A stretch of DNA of 64,000 nucleotides, taken from NCBI GenBank assembly GCA_002269645.1, contig NIVC01000020.1, forward strand, positions 1,240,001-1,304,000, given 5' to 3'. Source of the DNA: Macrostomum lignano (taxonomy: Eukaryota). Position numbers and translations under genes: made by a program. This document shows, in pieces, positions 55,508 through 64,000 of this stretch. Numbering within the stretch: the first letter of the stretch is position 1; every line of letters begins with the position of its first letter. A model generated the notes under the pieces. It was given only the letters and a program-made list of their open reading frames with translations, was not told where the DNA came from and did no database searches.

Positions 55508-58500
55508 ATGAGCAATGAAGATGCATTGGATCTGTATGCCGACATCTGCACCAACAATGGGCCATCCTATGAGGTGAGTTGAAAGCATTTGGTAGCACTC
55601 AGCTGTCCCAGTTCAGCTCATTGTTTCCCCCCGACTTCCATGGCAGGATCTGCGAGCTCGCTGCCACACCCTCGAGCAGGAGACCAAGCAGCTGGTTGAG
55701 ACCATCAGCACCCTGGCCAGTGAAAACAAGGCTCTGCTGGCTGACAAGGCCAGCCTGAACCAGCTGCTCGCCCAGCAGCGGGACCACTACGAGAGGAAGC
55801 TGAAGTTCCTCAACGACAGGTTTGTTTTAATTGAATGCTTGAATCTGAGTATATCCAATTCAATGCCCTCAGTATCCCATCAGTAGGCTGGAATAACTGT
55901 AGATTGAAATGCTGCCGCAGATTCAATCAATTAGCGGTGCGCTCCATTTTAGTAAGAGGAGTTGAGGAGTTCTCCCTATTCTAATTTGGCATACTCCGCA
56001 CTCCGGAACTCCCGACACATCCCGCAGGTACCAGCGACTGGCCGCTGCCGGCAGCTCTGCAAAAGAGGCCGCGACATCCGGTGTGCAGCAGCCGAGCGGC
56101 CTCGCCGCCCCGCCAGCATCTGCGACGCCGCGCAAGCGGCGCCGATCGTCAGACAGTCGGGACCGGACGGTCTCGAAGCCGAGGTGCCGGCGGCAGACGG
56201 AATCGCCGGAGCGCCGGGACCGGCAGCGCGGCCGCCACTCGGGCGGGCGCCGCAACGGCAGTCGGTCCCCTCAGCGGCCGGCGCCAGCAGCCGGGGCTCT
56301 CGCTGACGGATTCGACTGCCGGCCGTTCAACGGGCCGAAGACGCCGCCGTCTCCGGAGCCGGCGGACGACGAGCCTTCTTTGCAGGGTGCGGCCAGAGCG
56401 GAGGGCGGCGCCTCAGCTTCGGTCCTGCGCCGATCGCCGAGTCCGAGTGCCAAGAGGCTGAGCTCGTCTGTGGAGCGGCGAGAGCGCCGCCGTGACGATC
56501 GCGCCAACCGGCAGGCGGCCGGGGCGCGCAGGGAGGCGGCGCCGGGAAGCGCGCGCCACCCAAAGGAGCGCCAGTCGGCGACTTCGTGGAGACGGCAGCG
56601 CTACCAGGAAATCCAGGTCAAGCAGCAGCAGCGCCGGCAGGGGCTTGCGGACCGCGAGCGCAAGGATCGGCCAGGTGGACGCGGCGAAGGCGACCGCCGT
56701 CCCAGATCGCCTCCGGCCCCTTCCAGCGCTCGGGGCGATAGCAAAGAGAAATATTCAAAAAATATTAATAATATAAAAAGTCGTGAAGCTGGATCGTCAC
56801 AACAGCCAAAAGTACAGCTGACAAGTCCGCATCAGCCGTCAGTTCAGCTGACAAGTCCGCATCAGCCGTCAGCTCAGCTGACAAGTCCGCATCAGCCGTC
56901 AGCTCAGCTGGCAAGTCCGCATCAGCCGTCAGCTCAGCTGGCAAGTCCGCATCAGCCGTCAGCTCAGCTGACAAGTCCGCATCAGCCGTCAGCTCAGCTG
57001 ACAAGTCCGCATCAGCCGTCAGCTCAGCTGGCAAGTCCGTATCAGCCGTCAGCTCAGCTGGCAAGTCCGCATCAGCCGTCAGCTCAGCTGACAAGTCCGC
57101 ATCAGCCGTCAGCTCAGCTGACAAGTCCGCATCAGCCGTCAGCTCAGCTGACAAGTCCGCATCAGCCGTCAGCTCAGCTGACAAGTCCGCAGTCTCTGTC
57201 CACCTCATCGAGCCTTGTCAGTCCCGGCGACAGCAGCTGCGGCAAGAAGGCAGCGCCACCCAGTCAGCGGAAGATCATCTTCAGCCTGCCCGATGCCTAC
57301 CGCACCCAACTGCCGCCCGTTGAAGTCGGCAGCGACGAGGATGCCGCCGTGAATGTCGAGCCAGTGGGAGCCGCTGCAGTCGCCGAGGCGCATCATCCAG
57401 ACGTCGCCGCCGAGGTTCGGGCAACGGATGCCTGCACGCTGATGCGAATGCACCGCTCGTGGGCCGCCAGGGAGGCCGTCAGACAGCAGCACCTGCGGGA
57501 AAACGAGGCCGCCGAAGTTGACAGCGGCGTCGGCTCGTCGCACCCGGACCAGGCGCACACGCCTGACGAGCCTTCGGTGTCCGAGGAGCCCGCGGGCGAG
57601 GCTCAGCCACCGCCACCGCCGGCCACCCCGACGCCAGCCGGTGCCGTCCCAGCCGAGCCCATCGAAGTCATCACAGACTGCGCGCCTGTGCAGCGCTGCG
57701 GGCCGCGCACGCCGCCATCGCCACCTCCGCCGACTCCGCCGCCTGTTGAGCTCGAGCTGAACTGCTCCAATGAGTTCGACGAGGAAGCTGCGGCTGAACC
57801 ACCAGCAAGCTCGGCTACGCTGGCTGCCGACTCCGTGCAGCGCGACAGGAGGTCGAAGTCGCGCGAATCAAGACGGTGCAAGGACTTCTCCGAGAGGCGC
57901 GAGGCGTCCTCGCAGCCCCGCTCATCCGAGACGTCTTCAAGCCAGCGGCATCGGCGCGAAATCTCTCGATCGCCGCTGCGATGCGGGGAATCCGGCCGCT
58001 CCGGCAGGCGCCGCTCCCGCCCAAGAGACGCTTCGCCGGCCTCAGCAGGCAGCTGTCGGTCGGGCTCGCGGGCCGCCGAGCCGCGGAATCATCGGGAGGC
58101 GACGCCGCCAAGACTGGCGAAGCGTCTGGCCAAGAAGCCGCCTGCCGCTCGAGTCAGCCACGATGTCGACTCTAAAGCCGAGGTTGCCGAGGAGGGCGAG
58201 ATTGTCAGCGATGAAGAGGGGATTCTGCGAGCGGGCACCTGCGATGAGGCAGCCAAGGACAGGGCGGCGGTTGACCGCGCCAAAAGCACGCAACGCCAGC
58301 AGCGAGCGCCGGAGCCAGTCCGGTCCGCTGTGTTCGCCAAGGCCGGCGCGGTCCTCAGCCGGCGAGCATCGCCCAAGCTGCAGCGCCGGCGTCGCTCCTC
58401 GGGTGATCACCGAAGCGAGGACGGAGCTTATTCGCAGCATCGTCAGCGGCAGCGTGGAGGCAGTCGGCACCGGCGAAGTCGATCAAAGTCCCCGTTGAAC

Positions 58501-58551
58501 CGACGTTCGCGACCCGCCTATGTCTGCACTGGCAGGAAGTGGCGCGCATAG
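55508..58551 (+). CDS. Possible FLASH/CASP8AP2-like protein: exons 55508(55496)-55573, 55647-55819, 56028-58551
   Basis: ALDLYADIC...PSYEDLRARC followed by a coiled coil (LASENKALL) resembles the FLASH N-terminus (LDLY motif + coiled coil). Splice phases 0 and 2 are consistent with the long Arg/Ser/Pro-rich ORF 56083-58551. The gene is well supported; its identity is moderate. Confidence 0.6.
56812..57190. repeat. 30-bp in-frame minisatellite (~13 units, QPSAQLTSPH)
   Basis: CAGCCGTCAGCTCAGCTGACAAGTCCGCAT; the reading frame stays open across it. Confidence 0.95.
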
Positions 58552-58634
58552 TAACACAAGCCTCAAAAAGTGAAGGATATCTTTTTTCATTACCTGTCCC
58601 GCATAGCAACCGGCCAGTCCCGGATAGTTTCGCA

Positions 58635-58738
58635 TAGCAACGGGCCAGTTCCGCATAGCAACCAACCAGTTCCGCATAGCAACCAGCCAGTTCCGCATAG
58701 CAACCGGCCAGTTCCGCATAGCAACCGGCCAGTTCCGC
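58635..58738. repeat. 21-bp repeat x5
   Basis: CCAGTTCCGCATAGCAACC(G/A)G. Confidence 0.9.
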
Positions 58739-59573
58739 TTAGCTGCAGTATAAGAATCCCATCTTAGCAATTCGTCATTTTATCTGTTTTCAGTCCAGTG
58801 ATTTTTCTCATGCTACCATAGTTTTTGAGTTTTATTATATGAAGGTTTTTTTTAGTTTTAGCGGTTGTCATGGCAACTCGCCAGCCGCAGACCGAAAGTT
58901 TTTCCGGGCACAAATTCTATTTTAGCCTGGCATTCTCTGTCATATTTTTTGTCTCCGTGCAATGCAGTATTTTTGTCCCTTTGTCAATCGTGAATTTTCG
59001 ATCCTGCTATTCAATCGCATTCCCTGGCAATCAGAAATTTGATGATTCATTATGACGTCACCAGCTTTTCTCATCTTCAGGTGTTTTTTCTCTGACCGGG
59101 GAAAGCCCTCAGTCACTTCTGTTACTCTGTACAAAGATGTTATGATCTGCACTTTATACTATCTCGTTACGTAGCGTTCTCCCTGTCTAGTGATGAAGCT
59201 CACAGCATCTTCATGGCGAGCAGTGCATTTTATCCCAGCCCCCAGTCTGGCCCATTGTGTTCGTGGATTTTTTATTGTTCACCTTCTGGCTGGCAATTTC
59301 AGCGGATCGCGGCTCCCGCATCAGCTCTGCTTTTTTATTTAATGACCACCAGCTTTTCCCTGTTTTTCTGCAACTGGCCTCAGTACACTGGCGGCCTGGC
59401 CTGACTCACTGAATCTGGAACTCGATGGCTTTGACTTCTTTATTTTTTGTGGTCCAGCACCCGGTCCGGCTTGGCTTGACTGTGTTCTGAGCAATAATAA
59501 CTCTGTGTTCCTGCAGGTTCTAGTGCCCCTTTTATAGTGCCTAATAGTGAAAATCCCCACGATACCTAATAGT

Positions 59574-60092
59574 ACAAATCCCCATGATGCCTAATAGTCC
59601 AAATCCCCATGATGCCTAATAGTACAAAACCCCATGATGCCTAATAGTGCAAATCCCCATGATGCCTAATAGTACAAATCCCCATGATGCCTAATAGTGC
59701 AAAACCCCATGATGCCTAATAGTACAAATCCCCATGATGCCTAATAGTACAAAACCCCATGATGCCTAATAGTACAAATCCCCATGATGCCTAATAGTAC
59801 AAAACCCCATGATGCCTAATAGTACAAAACCCCATGATGCCTAATAGTACAAATCCCCATGATGCCTAATAGTACAAATCCCCATGATGCCTAATAGTAC
59901 AAATCCCTATGATGCCTAATAGTACAAATCCCCATGATGCCTAATAGTACAAATCCCCATGATGCCTAATAGTACAAATCCCTATGATGCCTAATAGTAC
60001 AAATCCCCATGATGGCTAATAGTACAAATCCCCATGATGCCTAATAGTACAACCCCCATGATGCCTAATAGTGCAAATCCCCATGATGCCTA
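59574..60092. repeat. 25-bp minisatellite (~21 units) ending just before the PIGO ATG
   Basis: CCCCATGATGCCTAATAGTACAAAT. Confidence 0.96.
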
Positions 60093-60105
60093 ATCCCTCG
60101 CTTTC

Positions 60106-63100
60106 ATGTCCGAAGAAGGCATCAAGAGCGACGTCAGCGAAATCGGCAGCACAAATGGGAGCCGCCTGTCAGCTGGCGCCGCCTCCTTCGTCCTGGCGGC
60201 TGTCGGCGTCTGCCTGTGCACCAGCCTGTTCGCCAGCGGCTTTCTGCTGTCCCGCACGGAGCTGCACAATCGCTCCGCCTGCCGCGAGGCCACCGCTGGC
60301 TTTGCTGGCCGCGGCGACCTTCGCGACGGCTGCTGGCTGCCGCGTCGTTTTGACCGGGTCATGCTGCTGCTGGTAGACGCGCTGAGGTGAGCAGCATCGC
60401 TTCGGGATGCCCGCTAGTCTCGATATGCTGCTCAAAACAGTTTCTCAGAGTTCCGAGTCCTCATAGCAGGGCCGAATCCCAATTCCCCTCTCATAAAAGT
60501 GCGGACTCCCCACCCCACAGGTTCGACTTTCTGCGGCCGAATCGGTCCCTGGCCAACCGGCACTACTGGGCCGGCAACGTTCTGGCCGTGGACGAGCTCC
60601 AGCAGTCGCGCCCGCGCCACGCCTTCGTCGCCCACGTGGAGGCGGACGCGCCAACCACAACGCTGCAGCGTCTGAAGGCGCTGCTCACCGGCACGCTGCC
60701 CACCTTCATCGACGCCTCCGCCAACTTTGGTGGCGCCGCCCTGCGGGAGGACAACCTCATCGACCAGCTCCTCGGCGGCGCCGCGAACCGCACGGCCGTC
60801 TTCATGGGTGACGACACCTGGCTGAGCCTCCTGCCAGGTCGCTTCCAGCGCGCCTACCCGTTCCCGTCCTTCAGCATCCACGACCTGGACACCGTGGACC
60901 GCGGCGTCGAGCGCCACCTGGCCGAAGAGCTGCAGCGCACCGACTGGCAGCTGCTGGTGGCCCACGTGCTTGGCGTGGACCACTGCGGCCACCGCTACGG
61001 CCCCGAGCACCCGGAGATGCGGCGCAAGCTGCGAGAGGTGGACGCACTGATCCGGGCGATGCTGCAGCGCATGGACAACCGCACCCTGCTGGTGGTGCTC
61101 GGCGACCACGGCATGACCACCGGCGGCGACCACGGCGGCGGCAGCGAGGACGAGATTGACGCCGGAGTGGCGCTGGTGTCGAACTCGCGACCTCTCCTAG
61201 GCCCGGAGGACGCGCTAGCGTTGCGGCAGCAGCCGCCGCGCCTGTCCCAGATTGACCTGGTGCCGACTCTGGCGCTGCTGCTCGGCGCGCCGATTCCCTT
61301 CTCCAGCCTCGGCGCCGTGCCGCCCGCGCTGTTCGCCAGCCCCGGCGACAGAGGCGCGCGGGCGCGCGACGCTCTGACGGTGAATGCGCGCCAGGTCATG
61401 CGCTTTCTGGAAACCTACCAGGCTGCATACGCTGACCTGCCAGCCGCCCGCCTCGCCAAGCTGCGCGCAGACGCTGCCGCCGCCATTGGCTCTGACGTTG
61501 AAGGCATGCGGCGCCTCCTCGATGACGTCAAGGACGCCTGCCGCTCCGTCTGGGCGCGGTTCGACGAGCCCGCCATCGGGCTGGCCCTGACCGCCTTTGC
61601 CGTCTGCCTGGCCTTCGGCGGCGCCTTCTTCGCCGGTCCCGACGGCGGCAAAGGGCGCCTCGCTGCTGGCTTCGCTGTCGCCATTGCCGCCTGCGCCGCC
61701 GCTTTTGCTGGGCGAGCAGCGCTGCCGCCGGCCCTGGTCTGGGGGCTCCCGGCTTCCGCTCTGCTGGGCGGTGCGGCCTCTCTGGCTGCTCGCCTGCTGG
61801 CCGCCTCCGCAGGTAAAAATAATTCTCGGGCTGGGATTGCAGGCGGGAAGCCTGACTGACAGAAATCAGACAGTTCTCAATGCCAATCAGGACTCAGGCC
61901 CCTATAACCATGCTCCAGATGCGATAGCAGCCACTTCACCCGATTCCCAGTAGATTGCCAAGGGAGTCCACTTGCGTGTAAAAGTTCAAGTAGTAAAAAT
62001 GCAATTCGCAACTTTCCCGCAGCTGAGGCGCCGTCGCCCGACACCGGGGCCCGCCTCTCTCAGGTCACTTCGTTTGCCTGCGCTCTGACAGCTGGATTTG
62101 CCTCGTTAAGCCCCTTGTCCAATAGCTTCATCATTAGCGAGCCCAGCTGCCTGCTGTACCTGCTGCAGACTCTGCTCCTGCTCCAAGCCGCCGCCACCTG
62201 CGTTGCCGCCCTGCGCCGCGCCCGCGCTGACGGCCTGTGGCGCAAGCCGTGCAAATCGCTGATCGGCCACCCGTGCGCCATCTCCGCTGTGCTGCATGCG
62301 GCCGCCGCCATCTGCCTGCGCCTGGCCTTCGGCTTCGCCACCTGCCGCGAGGAGGCCCGCGGCGTTGGCTGGTGCAGCGACGCCGACGACTGGCTGGCCG
62401 CATCCGCCGCTGTGTCGAGTCAGTCCCCCCTGCTGTCTTGCGTGCTGGCGCTGCTCGCCTCTCTGGCCGCCTTCCGCTGGTGGCTCCGCCGCTGCGGCAA
62501 CTTCAACGGCTACTCGCCGGCCGTGCTGGCGTTGTCCTACCTGCCCGTTCCCATTGGCCTCTGCGCCATCATCCACTGGGTCCTGCAGGCGGCCGGCAGT
62601 CCAGCCTCCCCGCTGCTGCTGCGCATCGGCCTCGCCCTGGCCACCGCTGGCGTCTTCATCCTCCTGCTGGCTCCCAGCACTGCCCACCTCGAGCGCCGGC
62701 CCGCGACTTCTCGGCGCCTACAGGCTATTGCCGACGCGCTAGCTCGCGGCTACGACCTGGCCGAGGTGGCACCTGCCCTCTGCCGCGACCTGCTGGGTGA
62801 CAGCGGCGAGGACTCGGACAATCAGCACCGGGGCTACGGCATGCGCTTCATGTACCGCACGGCTGCCTGCGGCCTCCTCCTGTTTGCCTGTCTGGCTGTG
62901 CTGCTGCTTGCCGGCCACCGGGCCGTCCCCGCCCTCCTTCTGTGCGCCGCTGCCGCTGCGCTCCACGCCGAGCTCCGCTCCGCCCAGCTGCGCCTCGGCC
63001 AAGGCCGTCCGCTGGCCGAGCTGGCCGGCTGGCCGGACATTGTCTTCCTTCTGCTGCTCGGCTGGGCCGCCTTTTACGCCTGCGGCCTGCAGCCCAGCCT

Positions 63101-63611
63101 GTCCGCCATCCGCTGGGACCCCGCCTTCATCGCCTACAGCGCAGAGACCTCCGGCTCCGCGGGTCGCTTCTTTGGCGGAGTCCTCATCCTCAGTGGCATG
63201 TTCTGGGGCCAGCTGCTGGCCGCCATGGCCGCCCCTCTGCTGCTTCTTCTGCTGCCGCTGACCGCCGGCCACCTGCCGTTTGTCGCCCGGCCAAAGTGGC
63301 GCCGCCTGCTGCCCGACCAGTCCAGCGGTGACTTCCTGCTGACCGACCTGCCGCCCGGCACCCTCGCCGGGGCCGCCGCTGGCGTCTTCGCCCGCCTGCT
63401 GCTGCTTGCCGCCTGTCTGGCGCTCGGCAGCATGGCGGCTGCTGGCTGGCACCGCCGCCACCTCATGGCCTGGAAGGTGTTCGCGCCGCGCATGATGTTC
63501 GGCGTCATCGGCTGCGCGGCTACCGCCGTTGGCGCTGGCGCCGGCCTCCTCTGCGCCGTCTGCATTGATAGAGGCGTGCGGCGCTGGGTTAAGCAGGCGC
63601 TTAAGGAATAA
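60106..63611 (+). CDS. PIGO: GPI ethanolamine phosphate transferase 3 (PIG-O), 3 exons: 60106-60386, 60521-61812, 62023-63611 (~1053 aa)
   Basis: FASGFLLSRTEL, LLLVDALR|FDF, DAPTTTLQRLKALLTGTLPTFIDA, FMGDDTW, GVDHCGH, GDHGM, QIDLVPTL, C-terminal RRHLMAWKVFAPR. Splice phases (2,1) are compatible. Confidence 0.95.
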
Positions 63612-63615
63612 GTCT

Positions 63616-64000
63616 CCCCCTGATCCCAGCCCCCTGATCCCAGCCCCCTGATCCCAGCCCCCTGATCCCAGCCCCCTGATCCCAGCCCCCTGATCCCAGC
63701 CCCCTGATCCCAGCTCCCTGATCCCAGCCCCCTGATCCCAGCTCCCTGATCCCAGCCCCCTGATCCCAGCCCCCTGATCCCAGCTCCCTGATCCCAGCCC
63801 CCTGATCCCAGCTCCCTGATCCCAGCTCCCTGATCCCAGCTCCCTGATCCCAGCTCCCTGATCCCAGCCCCCTGATCCCAGCCCCCTGATCCCAGCTCCC
63901 TGATCCCAGCCCCCTGATCCCAGCTCCCTGATCCCAGCCCCCTGATCCCAGCCCCCTGATCCCAGCTCCCTGATCCCTACCCCCTGATTCCAGCTCCCTG
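63616..64000. repeat. 14-bp minisatellite (runs to the window end)
   Basis: CCCTGATCCCAGC(C/T). Confidence 0.97.

Noticed and set aside
1-64000. tRNA, rRNA, snRNA or SL-RNA genes
   Set aside because: No cloverleaf, rRNA-like or Sm-site-bearing sequence was recognised by eye; a covariance-model search (tRNAscan-SE, Infernal) would be needed to exclude them.

Overview
Eukaryotic (metazoan) genomic DNA, not prokaryotic: GC-rich coding exons, GT-AG spliceosomal introns and about 25 minisatellite arrays. The style (GC-rich exons, short or minisatellite-filled introns, splice acceptors just before start codons) suggests a flatworm such as Macrostomum; that is inference only. Genes reconstructed by hand from splice phases: POC1 3' end, CCT8, an NPAS4/dysfusion-like bHLH-PAS, dynein light chain LC8, a TRMT9B/Trm9-like methyltransferase, a Twinkle-like helicase with no visible primase half, a small secreted 6-Cys protein, an AJM1-like MYND-finger protein, a ~1595-aa ankyrin-repeat + Mab-21/cGAS-like nucleotidyltransferase, profilin, a membrane-anchored YqcI/YcgG-like protein, a possible FLASH/CASP8AP2 orthologue and PIGO. 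Two AT-rich blocks (about 40.5-45.8 kb and 51.4-55.5 kb) lack recognisable genes, and the first holds MITE-like elements. Best leads: the ankyrin-cGAS-like receptor fusion, the bacterial-type YqcI/YcgG-like protein, ORFs that may get their AUG from a spliced leader, and the helicase-only Twinkle. All exon boundaries are manual predictions without RNA evidence.
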